A stretch of 64,000 nt of DNA from Camelus dromedarius (taxonomy: Eukaryota): assembly GCF_036321535.1 (NCBI RefSeq), contig NC_087437.1, positions 41,542,001-41,606,000 on the forward strand, in the 5' to 3' direction. Both the position numbers and the translations under genes were made by a program. Shown here one piece after another: positions 26,837 to 40,776 of the stretch (positions are counted from its first letter, which is position 1; each line of letters begins with the position of its first letter). Below the pieces are notes generated by a model. It saw only the letters and a program-made list of their open reading frames with translations, was not told the DNA's origin and ran no database searches.

Positions 26837-29132
26837 TTTGAACATTATTTTTTATAATTCATCAGTACAGCCTGGAAATTCTTTGATATCTGCACATAGA
26901 GAGTTGCCCGCTTTTTTTTTTTTTTTTTTAATCAACAGTGACACAGTATTCCACATCCACACCATAACAGTTAAACTAGCTCTCTATTGGTGGGCATTTG
27001 TTTCTAATTTTTCACTACTTCAAAATACTGATTAGACTTAGATTTTCACTGCTGTAAGAAAAAGGGGCTCTGGAATTTCAAACCATAAAACTGTGGCTAA
27101 GTGTAAGCCAAGGGAGAGGAACTTCTATGCACTAGTATGTCCAGTCTCCCTTGATCCAGTCCCCAGCAAACAACAGTTCTCAGCCGTTGCGGATTCTAAC
27201 CTCTTCCGAAACACCGCATCCTCATAACCCTGGGGTGGTGCAAATGATAGCCGTCAGCGTAGGGCAAGAACCGGAGCCCCTAATGTGCAGAATTATTTAT
27301 GATCTTAAAAGCAAGAGAAGAGCTAGTGGGCACCAAGCCATCACACGGCAATCGCTCCATCCACTTTAGTTGAGAGCAATTTTTAAAAATTGCATTCTCG
27401 GGCTTTTTGTTAAGATAAGTTTTTCTTTCAAAACTCACTAACTCATAGCAATGCTATGTATAATCGCTAAAAATTGGAAATAAATGCCCAATAACAGGGG
27501 GATGGTTAACTAGATTATGTTATAGCCACACGATGGATATAACTTCTTGCAGCCATTAAAAACAATGACTGACTAGCAAAATACCTCTGGTAGTGTGTTA
27601 AAGTTGCCCGAATGCAAAGTGACAATCACAAGACGACTACATATGTGGCAGGCTGATGCTATGAAATATTAAATAAGTTTTCCCCTTACACATGTTAACT
27701 TCCCCCTCTCTGTGACTGGAGATATGAAGCAGGTATTCTCTCCTAGGATGGCACTCTCACAAAGGAACCAGGGCACAAGGATGTCAACTTCTTAGATTTG
27801 GGGAACGGGGTAGAGATCCTTTGAGCTAAGTCAGGAGCGTAAAGAAATCACTGTGAGATTTAGTGCAGGGACCCTATCCTTTGTCCTCAAGCAGAATTCC
27901 AGGGAGAAAGGACAGATCCCACTCTCTCTCAAACAGGGATATGGAGCCGGAGGATCTGAGCCCTGCTGCCAGGGGAACCCAGAGAAACGACCATCACAGG
28001 ATGTGGCAGCAATAGAGGAGACGTGACAGGAAGACAGGTTTGAGAGGAGAAGGCTGAGGTCCTCCAGGTTACAGGAAGCAGATGCCAGAACAGGCTTGAG
28101 CCAGATCAATACTGAGCGCTAGAAGCCTCTCCCCAAAGATCCAGGGCCCCCAAGCACCTGTACCAAGGGTGGGGCTGTGTTGGGGAGGGCAGGAAAGTCC
28201 AGGGAGCACCCTGACTGACTGGCTGCGGAGCAGAAAGAACAAGAAATCACTGACACTGGCCACATTTACCACGAAGTAATTAAACTAAATTTTCTTCCAT
28301 TGTGTGGAAATGGGACTTGAGACAGCCATCAGGTGAGTTATAGTAAAAGGAAGCAAATTACACCTCAGGAAATAGAAGTCCGTATACTAACATGGACCAA
28401 AAAGGAACGTGGAAAATAAAAGTAAATTGTTTAGGGTGATGAGAATGTGGGGTCTTTAAAATTCATATTTTTAATGTTTGTGATTGCTGAAAAGCTGCCT
28501 GTGCTTGAAGAGCAGGGTACTAGTTCCCCAGTGTAAACGGTCTTGGCAGTGGCTTTCCTCCAGCTCCTCTCCTAGCTCTTCTCTGGGGCAGACCCCCGCC
28601 CCCTCCCCCTGGTCCTCCTCCCTCAGCACGGGGAGGAGGAGTCAAGAGAAGAGGGGTCTGCTCCGAGTGGGGTCTCCGGATCTCTGAGAAGTGCCCGAAG
28701 GAGCTTATTGTGTTTCTCCAGGGGTGAGATGATTTATTTTTTGAGACGTTGAGATTTATAGATCATATTTCCTTGCCATAAACTTCAAGAGGAGGTATAA
28801 ATCCTCTCATTGTTGTAGGTTTTGCAGCAGTAAATGCTGCCAGAAATAAGAAGAATTGTGGCTGGGGCTTTAGTGTTCTTTGTGGAGAGAGTTTTATTCT
28901 AGAGTGGTATCCGTTATGGGAGAACTGGGATCTGTAGCTTCTCAGGGGTTTGAGACAGAACCCATTTTATTCCGTGTTTGGCAAATCTTTTTAAATGCAG
29001 TAAACCATTCTGGGCTTCAGTTTTCTCATCTGTAAATGAGGGAGTTGGTGAAAATCCACTAGACATGCTGGTTCTATTTAGCACTGACTTTGCATATTAC
29101 ACGTGACACTTTATAGATTACGACCTTATATA

Positions 29133-29150
29133 TTGTGCGCATGCGCACAA
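29133..29150. promoter_or_regulatory. 18-bp perfect palindrome containing the NRF1 consensus TGCGCATGCGCA
   Basis: TTGTGCGCATGCGCACAA seen directly; binding is not shown. Confidence 0.4.
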
Positions 29151-29964
29151 ATGTAATTTTTTTTTTTTTCATTGGTTTTCTTTTGAAAACAGCAAGCTAT
29201 TAAATGTAAGAATGTTCAGGGTGAGCACAGTATGTGTGACTTAGACTTCAGTCTGGACTTGACAACCTCTGGCAGGTATGTCCTTCAGTGCCCCCAAGAT
29301 AAGATTCTACAAAATCTTTTATTAAACCATTCCCACTACGGCCTAGCCATTTTCATTCTCATTTTTAAGAGTCTCTCTCTTCCTTCCTCTCTCTGCCAGG
29401 GCACGTGCTCAGCCTCAGAGTAATTGCTGGCCTCTGCCGGGTACTAATCTTTACTCTCGCTATCTGCTGCGATTACCATTTATATAATTTTTGGAATCAA
29501 ATAAAAGCAATTATATGATCTAAATCAAAAGTTCTCCAGCCACGATCTGTCATCTCTGCTCAAATGTAACCTCTCCTCCAGGAATTTTATAGAGCTTGGA
29601 GGTTATCCCACGAAGAAAAAAAAAAAAAAAAAAAAGTGAAACCAGCAAGTGGTACACTTAATTTTCAGGTTTTTATTCTTTTCATTATAACTGCAGCTTA
29701 AGTTTCTTGAAGACAAGTCCTTTCAGCTTGGTGCACAAATTATAGGGTACGGTAATTATAGTATGTAGATCTTTCTTTAAGCCTAAGAAATTTTTATCTA
29801 TCAAGCAATTACATTAAAAAACAAAATGTTCATCTGGTTTTTAAAATTTTTTAAATAAAGTATCTCTCATAGATTTCTGGTAGGCTTAATGTTAGAACAC
29901 TCCTATTTCCCTTGAAATGAGGGAAGCTTCGTAGCTGAGCCACAAAGATAGCACAAGATGAAAT

Positions 29965-30170
29965 CCTAAAGACATGGTTTGAATCTCAGTTCCACTCATC
30001 AGTAGCTGTATGATGTGGGCAAGTTACCACAACCTCACTTGGCCTCACTGCCTCATCTGTAGAATGGAAATAATTATGCATCCACTCCATAAGGTTGATG
30101 TGAAAATTAAATGAAGTCATGCATAAAAAGCACCTTGGATGTGGAATGACTCAAAAACTTTGGTAGTATT
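29965..30170 (+). mobile_element. MIR SINE
   Basis: tttgaatctcagttccact...gggcaagtta...cctcatctgtagaatgg core. Confidence 0.7.
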
Positions 30171-33100
30171 ATGAATCAATTAATAACCAGTGATTTCAAT
30201 TAGAAAGCTTACACGCCTTCAAAGAATAATCAACAGTGCCTAAAATTGAAACAAAACAAAGCAAAACTGAACTCACATTGTGTTTCAGAATACATTTTAT
30301 ATTTCAGGGGAAGGTGTAATCCAATCAGCAATGCGGAATCCAAAAATTGATTCCCACCAGGAGAAGTCAGCTATAGATTTCTGGCAGGACACCTCTAGAC
30401 AGTGTTTTAATCATGGGCCCCTACTTGTCACAGGATGAAGAGGTGCTCGTGGTAGGAAAGCAAAGCAAGTTTTACTTCTCCAGCAAGAGTCATCTAATCA
30501 TTTAAAATGAGGCCCATTAAACATCTTGTTAATTAAAACATTTGTCTCTAACATAAATATTAATTCCTAAATAGTTGATTTGAGTATTGTGTTTTTTATC
30601 CCTGCTCAAATTTACCGTGAGCCAGCATATTTCCAGATGATGAGTTTCCTGGAAATAACACAGTAATTTCTTACAGGAACTGGTGCTTTACAGCTTTCAA
30701 ATTGCTTTCACATCCAGTCTTATGAGCTAGGTAGGGCAGATATTATTCTCTTTGTTGGTGAAAAAACAGAGTGTCAGAAAGGCAAAATGAGAGATTTGAA
30801 AGGTCACATATCTGGAGGCAAGAGAGTTGGGAAGAACCCAGATCTCTAGACATCTGTTTCCCAATTAACTTCAGATTCCCCAGAGGAGGTTCCTCATATC
30901 ACCCACTCGTGGGCAAACTGCAAGCACTATCTGGCACTGTTCCACAGTTACTGGAAGCATGAAGAGTTTGAGCAATTTTCAAAACTGTGTATTTTCCAAT
31001 GCAGTTTAATATTAAAATACAGAGGCATTAAATCAGCTGCTTATTTTCATTGCATGGGCCAGCCTAGTGGTGGTAACAGTGCAGATGCCCTCTCTCACTT
31101 CCAAACTTGTTACCAAGGCAACAAAATTATGCATGTCAAGTTTCCATGAGCAAAAAATGGTTTCATCCTCAGACACCATCCATTCATGGCACACAGTATT
31201 TTAAAATGTTCTCTACTTGGATCTAATGGTTCTACTCACTTTTGGCTTGTTCAAACATGGTATAAACCAGTCAGTTTTAGACTGTGGATTATGATTTCTT
31301 CTCCCTGATCTCTAGTCCAATTTGAGTTGTCAAAGACAGCTTCCAATGGGTTGGGAGCTGGTCTCAACTCCAAGGCAGTTTTACTTTTTAGAGCAGACCT
31401 TTTGTTTTCTGTAGAGATTCTCACAGCTACTCTTAGTTCAGCATGGCACGGGATGAACAGTATTCCGAGGCTCGAGGTCATGAATCAGCACACGGAGGCT
31501 GGGCAAAACCCTCAGTCACGGCTGCTGAGAAGGAACCAGGAGGAAGTGAGGGGAGCAGAGAACTCAGTTCAGGGAACTGGTGTGGGGCTGGATTCCAGCA
31601 CTGGGAGAAAAAATAAAGCCTCAGCCCAGTTGAGGGAGTTGGCAATTTAAAGACTCCAATCTCTCCAGACTGGGAGGGTCCTGGAAGAGAGCCTGTGTTC
31701 CCTGGTCAGGCTGGCTGAATGCTGACTGTCATTTCCCTCCATCTGCTTTGTGCTATACCCTATTCTTTATCCAACAGCCAAAATTATACTTGTTGCTAGG
31801 CACGTGACTTGTGCAGGGAAGTTCTGAGTCTCAGAAGAGTGGAGGGCAGAGAAGTCAATGGAGGAAGAGGAGGGGTAAAGTTGAGGATGGTACTTCATGG
31901 TCCTCGGAGAAAGGGAGGGGCCCCACTGCAGGCAGCCTGCAAGGTGAGCTTTTTAATTCTACTTTTACCTTTTTCCTAAGAATACAAGCTCACAGGTTTG
32001 AAATTATTAAATAGAAATGTATCTTACAGTTGGAATTAACGCAGGAGTCAAATGAAATGTGGAGATACAGAGAAGGGGGAAAATGTAAAATATGTTTCCA
32101 GGATGTGTGTGTGTGTGTACACTAAAAGTCTGAGGGCGTGATATACACACCACTTAGAAATGTGACCGTCAAAGCAAGTGAGATGACTGGGAGATCAGAG
32201 CTCAATGACACACAGTTAATTTGAAATTCAATGAACTCATTTCCTCATTTCTACAAAGTAAGCTTGAAATTGCCCGCCTTTAATGTGCTCTGTGAACTTC
32301 CAAGCATGAGATAAAATCTGCAAAAGATGCTACCTTACCCAGCTCTCTTACTGTGGATCCAAGGATCACTGGGAAACGTTCAATCAGAAAATATCTTAAA
32401 GTTCCTTCAAGCCCTAAAATGCTATGATTTTAGAGGAAGTCTAGATTTTAAAAGACAAATTTATATGCCAAAGAAAAATATTCTTTCAGGATCCTGAACA
32501 CTTAAAAACAAACTTTACCGGTACTTACTAAGCCATGTATTATAGAGAACTAATAACGGGGATGAGTGAAGCTGAGATTCATCCTCCTCTCCTGATTAGC
32601 TGATCATAGTTCCAAAATCATGATTCACTGCTCAGCCCAATGAGCTCATTTGTCAACTTAATGTATTTCTGCAACTTATTTCAATTTTAGGAAAAAATTA
32701 TTTTTCTCTTTTGTCAAATGTGCTTTATAGATAAAGCAGACACTCCTGTATCAATAACATGCAAGAGCTGACAGAAAGATACTGCAGTTTTGTAAATGAG
32801 ACAGAAATTGACCCACAGAATTGGGAGACTGGCCAGGAAACAAGAAATTGTGTGTGTGTGCACATATGTTTTAACTGTAAACAGGGCCATTTTTATGTCA
32901 TCTCAGAAACAGTCGTATGGTGACTTTCTTTAAAAAGGCACATGAGAAGGCAAAGAATAAAGGTCACTTGTAAAAGCACAGACCATCATTAATGTTTAAG
33001 GCCACATACGCTGCTCTAGATGAGCACTACATAATCCTGGCTGTGCGCTGGAATTACCAGTGGAATATTATAAAACACAGGTGCCTGGGCCCCACTCCAG

Positions 33101-33214
33101 GAAATTGGGATCCAGTAAGCCTGGAATGAGTCCAGCCCTCTGTGTTTTTATAAAAGTCCAACCATGATTTTGATGTGTAGGAAGGGTCGAGAAACAATGT
33201 ACACACTGCAGGAT

Positions 33215-33480
33215 GTGGTGAGTATGTGGTGTGCCTCCCAAATGTCCTCACTGTGGGATCAAGACAGCCATTCCCTCAGCTGCTGGGAGTGCTGGCCACT
33301 GACTACTCACAGTGAAGTCCTTTCCAGGAATTGCCCTCCATAGGCCATAGGGACCTGCCTACCCCAAAGGCATGCTTCTCTCCTGGGATCAGCCTACATT
33401 TGATGACCAGTCAATGAGAGGAGGGGATAACAAAGGCCCAACCTACTTGCCTCAATTTGGGGCAACCCTGAAGCAGTCTC
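33215..33480. mobile_element. ERVL LTR relic (LTR16-like)
   Basis: cattccctcagctgctgggagtgctggcc...ggaattgccctc phrases. Confidence 0.5.
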
Positions 33481-34117
33481 TAATCCTAAATGTCAACGGA
33501 TTGGGGTTGCATGGTGTTGGGAAATGCACTGGGTCCAAAGTCCACAGACCTGGGCTCAAAGCCATTTTTGGCTTTTGCTGTCAGTGGTCCAGACAAGTCA
33601 CATCACCTCTTTAATCTCAGTTTTAACTTTGAAAAATGGGGACAAAATTTTTAAAAAGATGCATGTTATAATCCCTGGACCACCCACCAAACAATGCAAA
33701 GCTGTCTCACTTAAATGTTAATAAATGAATCAAACAGAAAAAAAAAATAAATAAAAATGGAAAACAAAACAACAATAATAACAATAACAACAACAACTAT
33801 CTGATCTACTTTCGAGAGTAGTTGTAAAAGTTCAGTAAGAGTCTGTAGAATTAAACTGTGAATCATACAAATTGCTGGTAGCTGCTGTTACAAAACATTC
33901 TTAGGTCCACAAATATTCACATATTATGTGAAAAAAGATGTTAAAGTACCACATGACACTGGAAGTCAAAAAATGTTTAATTCCCAAATGCATATGTCTT
34001 TAGCATTCTCCACTGCATTTGTTCAATGAACTGAAATAATAAAATGGAATAATTTTGTTTGCTCGTTTTCCTGTTTTTACATGGAGCTAAAATCAGCTAT
34101 AAAAAGAAATAGTCCCA

Positions 34118-35393
34118 GGTGTCAAGACAGTTCAGTAGGGAAAAAACAGACTTTTCAACAAACAGGGCCAGAACCACTGGATATCCACACGCAAAAGAGT
34201 GAAGCTGGACCTCTACCTCACACCATATACAAAAAGTAACTCAAAATGAATCAAGACCTAAATGTGGGAGCTAAAACTATAACACTTTTAGAAGACAACA
34301 AGCATAAATCTTCATGATTTCAGTGGTTTCTTAGCTATGAAGCCAAAGCACATGCAATAAAGGAAAAAAGAAGATAAACTGAACTTTATCAGAGTTTAAA
34401 ACTTTTGTGCTTCAAAGGACACTATCAAGAAAGTAAAAAAAGAAAACACATTGAACGGGAGAAAATATTTGCAAATCATAAAACTGATATGAGACTTGTA
34501 TCCAGAATATATAAAGAACTCTTACAGCTCAATAATAAAAAGCCAACCTAACTGAAAAATGGACAATAACACATGAATGGCTAATAAACAAACACGGAAC
34601 ACTCAGCATGTTTAGTCATTAGGGAAATTCAAATCAAAACCACAATGAGATACCATTTCACACCTATCAGTATGGCTATAATCAAAAAGAGAGACAATAA
34701 GTCTCGGTGATGATAACAGAGAAATTGGAGCCCTCACACACTGTGGGAATGTAAAATGGTGTAGCCGCTTTTGAAAACATTCTGACTGTTCCTCAAAATG
34801 TTAAACATAGAGTTACCATATGATCCGACAGTTTCACCCCTAGAGTAATGAAAACATGTCTGCACATAAAAACTAGTACAGAATGTTTATAGCTGCATTA
34901 TTCATAATAGCCAAAAAGCAGAAACAATCCAAATATTTACCAACTGATGAATGGCTAAATCCATTTATACGAAATATATCCAGATAATGGAGTATTATCT
35001 GACAATAAAAACAAATGAAAAATAATATATTCTATAACCTAGATAAACTTCAAGCTAAGTGAAAGAAGTCAGTCACAAAGGACCACATATTGTATGATTC
35101 CTCTTATGTGAAATGCCCAGACCAGGCAAATCTACAGAGAAAGAAAGTAGATTAGTGGTTGCCAGGGGCTAAATGAAGGAGCAATAGGTAGTGACCACTA
35201 ATAGGTGTGGGGCTCCTTTCTGGGGTGATGAAATGTTCTAAAATTGATTCGGTGATGGTTGCACACCACTCTGTGACTACGCTAAAAATGACTAGATTGT
35301 ACACTTTAAGTGGGTAGACTGTATGGTATGTGAGTTACACTTTAGTGGCTGGATTCTACGGTATGTGAATTATATCTTAATAAAAGTGTTATT
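34118..35393 (+). mobile_element. 5'-truncated LINE-1 (L1MB-like)
   Basis: ORF2 C-terminal and 3' UTR phrases (caaatcaaaaccacaatgagatacca; agtagattagtggttgccaggggct), AATAAA end; TSD-like AAAGAAATAGTCCCA / AAAGAAAATAATCCCA. Confidence 0.9.
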
Positions 35394-35792
35394 AAAGAAA
35401 ATAATCCCATGAGCTGAAAAAATAAGACAGAGGGTAACAAGAATTTAAATATAACCCACGGAAAAATGTTATGACTATTTCACTTTGACTTTTAAGTGAA
35501 CACAGCTCGCAGTCTGCCTTTAATTAAATCAAATCACAAATCTAAGGCGTGGGAAAGAGACTGGCCAGGAAAAAATGACTGTGCTCTGGGAGCATTCAGA
35601 GTCCCTCAAAAATGGACTCAAAAATTCTCAGCAACTGACTCAGATTTAAGGTAAATAACCCACTATGAGCTGAACCAAAGTCATGCCTGCTAGGAAAAGA
35701 CAGTATTTTAAAAATGGGCTTTCAAAAGTCATTTTAGCAGTAAATGCAAGAGTGTCTGCAGTAACAACTCCTACCAAAATGCAAAAACCTTA

Positions 35793-35978
<186 letters not shown>

Positions 35979-38352
35979 TTAAAAAAATGTTTCACATAGC
36001 AGACATGTTCTAACCCCTGAAATCACCTCAAGAAAGTAAGTGACGCTGAGAATAAAAGAAGTCTTATCTCACTCTGGGTCTCATGCATTTCGAAGCAATG
36101 TCACCTATAACATCTTAGTCAAGTGGACGGCTAAATTATTATTTAATCATGCAAGTTCCTTGTAGAATACAAGAAACACTGTAGGAAATGGTAAGAAATA
36201 CTGTCTTAGAGTGGTAGGAACATTCCGACCTTAATCGATAGGGAAATAGGGTTTTTCAGTTCACACATCGTGTAAATGCTCATGATGAAAAATTCTATAT
36301 TGGCAAATATCCTATCTCACGCTAAGTTTACTGTTTGAACAGGATAGATGGCAGAACCCTGGTCTAATTTTCTCCACTATTTCCTAGCATCTGGTTTGGC
36401 CTTATCTCATTTGTTTAGGTCTCTTATTATTCCTGAACTTCTATTTTCAGTAGCTTCTAATCTCTCTTGCAAGTATGCTGCATAGTATAAACAAGCCAAT
36501 AAAATGGAAAGAGAAATTTTTTAATTCTTTTTTTAAGTATTTCTGCTTATAGATTATAACGATTATATTATAGATATTATAACGATAAAACATTCGTTAA
36601 AACTGTTACTAAAAAAACCAGGGTACAACATTATTCTTATAAGGATATAAGAGATTTAGCTGCTGCATAAAGGACTGTTACAAATTAGGTACAAATATTA
36701 TGAATATCACATGTTCTATTTACTATACAAATTGTTACAACACATCTCTAATTTATAAGCATAAATCACAAAGTAATCTTTGCCAATCGTCTGAAGGTAA
36801 AGAGCTATATAAGCAGTGACTCAAAATAAGATTATCATCCTTTTGCCACATTATCATTTTTACTATTGTACACGCTTTCATACTGAAGTGCGTAAATCTG
36901 TAAATGGCTTCCAGAAGACAAACTTACAGGAAGACATTCTTCAGAAACTCATTTGAGAGTATATTTCCCTTCAGGGCATCAAACAATCAAAATCTCAGTG
37001 ACAACCAAAACACATTTGTTTTTCTCAATTCCCATTACAGAGAAGCTTAGCATTCCCCTGCAGCTGTAACACACACTCATGTCCTTCACTTCTCCTTTTT
37101 TGGAGAGAGTGGGGTGAATGCCAACCATTACCTCGGCTACAGGCATTTCAGCCAGGTCTATGTGCACAGCCATGTGTATCGACATGGCATTGCTTACCTC
37201 ATTTAGTGGTAGTGTTAAAAAGAAGAGCTAATTTAATACTACTAATAAAAAAAAGATAAAGCAAGGGATGCTGGGTAATGAATGAATCAGCCATTAACAT
37301 CTTACATTATTATGATATAATTGTTGACATTAATAATACTGATAGTATTAGTATTATTAAACACCAGGCTTTATTCAGAGTTCACTAATTTTTCCAGTAA
37401 TGTCCTTTTTCTGTTGCATGATGCCATCCAGAAAACCACATTGTATTTAGCCTGCTAATATTTTTAATCAGCCATCCCTTTCTCCAGGCTTGTGAAATAA
37501 ACGAAGCTCCACCTCTTTCCCACTTGCCTTTAATGAACTGCCACTGCCTGGAAGGGGAGAAAGCCAGGACTCAAGGGGAGAAACATAGGGCTAGAATGGT
37601 TTTCCCCAGTTACCTAGTCTCTCTCCATGTACATTTCTAAACACAATGGGAAAGAAAAGACTAAAATAAAGGAGACGTGCTCTGATTTATTTTTCTATTG
37701 TCATGACTCTATTTTTTAAGGATTTCTCAAGTGCTCTGAGCTAGCTTTAGATCTATTTTGAAGTACAAAAAAGGTTCCCAAACTAAACCCAATATTTGCA
37801 GATTCTCTCCTGGTCTCTACACATGAACTCCAGGATCTGAAAAGGCTTTATAATGCACAGTAGTTTACACAGGACTGAAAAAGGTGGTACCTGCCCTTGA
37901 TGTTTTTACATCTCCTTTTTTCTATGTTTCTTTTCCTGCCCTCTTCCTGCTCCAACATCCCCAAACCAGTGGCATCCAGTAGTTTCTATGTTGGCAGCTT
38001 ACCTCCTGTGTGTGCTCTCCTGAAATAGCATGTGCCTCACATTTGCATCCTCCAACTCAAGCCAAACCAAAACTTACGTATCCATGTTGGGGTCTTTCTG
38101 GCTAATAATACCACAAATTGGTACATTTTAATAATAAGGTTTGGGGGACTCCTATTAGAGCCTCCAGTTAATGAAAATGTAAAGCAAATGTCAGGTAGGT
38201 TGAGGAAGTCAAAATTCAGGTAACCCAAGACCCCTTCACATCTCTACATCCGCTTATTAACACAGCACGTCCTGAGATCAGGAACTCTGCGGTCTCTGTG
38301 TGATATTTACAGGAAGGCAGGTTGTCGTACAGTGTTCATGAGCGAGACTTAC

Positions 38353-38463
38353 TTCTATATAGATATAGTGCTTGCTGTTCTCTATCACATAGATGTAAGC
38401 AGAGTGGATGGATTCTTCGTGGTACTTTATACCAGCAGACCAATCAGCAGCAGAGCGGAGCAA
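38353..38463 (-). CDS. PLD1: PLD1 exon (20), 111 nt, [37 protein letters not shown]
   Basis: Acceptor CTTGTAG|TTG, donor GAA|GTAAGT; phase 0/0. Confidence 0.96.
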
Positions 38464-38783
38464 CTACAAGGCAGCAATCAGAAACGAGCAAACGTCAGAC
38501 AATGGAGATGGCATCAGGTCTATAAACATAATGAAATCAACCTTTTTTTTTTCCCTAAACAACTAAATGGTTATGATGGTTTGTGTGTCATGTGTGCGCC
38601 AAGGCAGAGTAGATGGGTGGGGAACTGGTCCTTGGACATAATTCATAATGAAGGAGCCCAGCTGGAAGTTTAGTCCTGAAAATACCCTCTTCCACCCAGG
38701 ATTACTTTTGTTCAAAATTGGAAATGACAAGGTGTAGTTTCTACACAGATCATTTCAGAAGTACCTCTTTTGGCAGCTGTGAG

Positions 38784-38911
38784 TAGGGTGACCATTTGTA
38801 TTCTTTTTCCATGAATGGCCCCACAATTATGCCAGAGTGCCTGGTGTATTAATAATACCAATTTTATTCTCAAAAGTGTCCTGGTTTGAACCATATGATA
38901 TGGTCACCCTA
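38784..38911. mobile_element. hAT (Blackjack, MER81/MER94-like) MITE
   Basis: Perfect 12-bp TIR TAGGGTGACCAT / ATGGTCACCCTA; 8-bp TSD-like GCTGTGAG / GCTCTGAC. Confidence 0.75.
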
Positions 38912-39134
38912 GCTCTGACTTGATCATGTGATTAGTCCTTTTTCCCCAAATTGTTCGGATTGATACATTCTAAAAGACAAATCGATTTATTTAGACATCT
39001 AATCTTGACTCTGCCTTTAATTAGCTGTCTGATCCTTGGTGTGTCACTTCAACTTTCCACTTTCCCACTCTTACCCCATCCCTCTGTTCAGAAACTTATC
39101 TACTCCAAGCTGAGCTTCCAGCTCAGGCTCCGGA

Positions 39135-39330
39135 GTATATGTTAAATACACTGATGCAGTGGGACTGCCCAGGTTCAGAAATTAGCTCCACCACCTGGTG
39201 GCTTTGATCTTCGCCAAGTTTCATAACCTCTTTGTGACTCAGATTTCCGTTCGATAAAATTGAGTATCTACTTTATAGGGCTGTAGACAGGATTAAATGA
39301 ATTACTGTGCAGTGTGCAGGAGGAGGCTGA
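39135..39330 (+). mobile_element. MIR SINE
   Basis: ccaggttcagaaattagctccaccac...ctctttgtgactcagatttcc...ggattaaatga. Confidence 0.6.
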
Positions 39331-39639
39331 CTAAGTGGTATGGAAGTGTTCGCTATTAATGAGAACAGTAAAGGATGCATCTGAGCTGTGGTGGATCCCG
39401 TCAGAGATACTTCAGAGCAGGCTGTGGCTGTGCATGTAGGAGGGAGCCTACAGGTAAGGCTTTTTCGACACGAAGAAACCATCGGTTGTGACTTTTTTCA
39501 GCATTCTAACTAGCGTTCCACTATAATGTTGGGCATGTAGTAGACGTCAATAAACGCTTATTACTTGATTTTCCTTGAGCAATATCATGTCATCACAGAT
39601 TTTTATAGTGATTCTTCACTATAAAAAAATTAAAAATAA

Positions 39640-40080
39640 ATAAACCCATTTGTTGAAGAAACAAGGTAATTTATCCTAGAGTTTTTCATAGTCTGGATTT
39701 TGCCAATTGCTTTCCCTTGATTTTTAATATGTTCCTCTATTCTCTGTAGTTCCAAAAAAATTGATAGATCTAAAGATGTAGGCTTGGGTTTAGGGCAGAA
39801 ATCACTCATAAGCGGTGGAGGGTGCACTTCTATCAGGACACAAAATGCTTGCTTCTGTTTGTGATGTGACCTGCCCTTGACAGTCATTACCTTGAACCAT
39901 TAGCTGGTTAGAAGTTGCTAAATAGTAATGTTTTAATTCTATCATCATTTCTTATGGCTTAGCTAGAATACTTTTTATGAAAAGGAACTTCTCTCATCAA
40001 CATTTGGTTACCCTGAAATGTAGTTTGTACGGGAAAGACAAAATAAAGGCTTAATTATTTTCCTTAATTAATAGTTTTTT
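39640..40080 (-). mobile_element. Old LINE-1 3' UTR fragment (L1MC-like)
   Basis: ttgttgaagaaacaagg...tagtctggattttgc and tagctagaatact phrases. Confidence 0.5.
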
Positions 40081-40720
40081 AAAGAATTTAAACACTAAAG
40101 ACTTCAGAGGCTAGAAAAATTAAATAATTAATTAATTTAAAAATCGCATGTATAGGGCTACTGGAACTCAAGCCTAATATTTACTAAAACTCTGCCATCC
40201 TCAAAATGTTTCTTTATTCATTTGAGCTCTCCTCAAAGCATTTTATGTAATTTTATCAGATGAAATGTGCAATGATACTGGAAAATTTAACTGAACAAGA
40301 ATAGTCAAGTAATCCTGGAAGAAAACTCATAAAGAAAACTTAGATAAATATGATCCACACCAGAAAAATATCTTGATTCACATCATCTCCAAGAACTGCA
40401 TTATTGTTCATCAGCAGAAATAACAAAGGTTGAACAAAAAGAAGTTTCAATTCTTTGTCCACTCAAATTTGATGTTGAGTTTTGTTGCTAAGGTGTACAG
40501 TCCTAAAAATGCAGGCTTCCTTCAAAAGATTCTTATGCTGCACATCCTGATCTAATTCTATGTTGCTCTGGAAACAATGTATAAAATTGCAGAGTATCCT
40601 GGCAAGATAGGAATTCTTGAGATCTGTATCATAGCTGTGCACTTACTAGCTCCTGCACCTTCAACAAGTCATTTTAATATCACAGAGGCTCAGTTTCCTC
40701 CACTGTACACTTGAGATTGG

Positions 40721-40776
40721 TCTGTCTGTCTCTGTCTGTCTCTCTGTCTGTCTGTCTCTCTCTTACACACACATAC
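40721..40776. repeat. Compound (TCTG)n/(TC)n/(CA)n microsatellite
   Basis: Seen directly. Confidence 0.8.

Noticed and set aside
37170..37260. Strong-looking minus-strand donor GAG|GTAAGC plus a short GCCATGT/ACATGGC hairpin
   Set aside because: Such motifs occur by chance in long introns, and there is no coherent coding exon.
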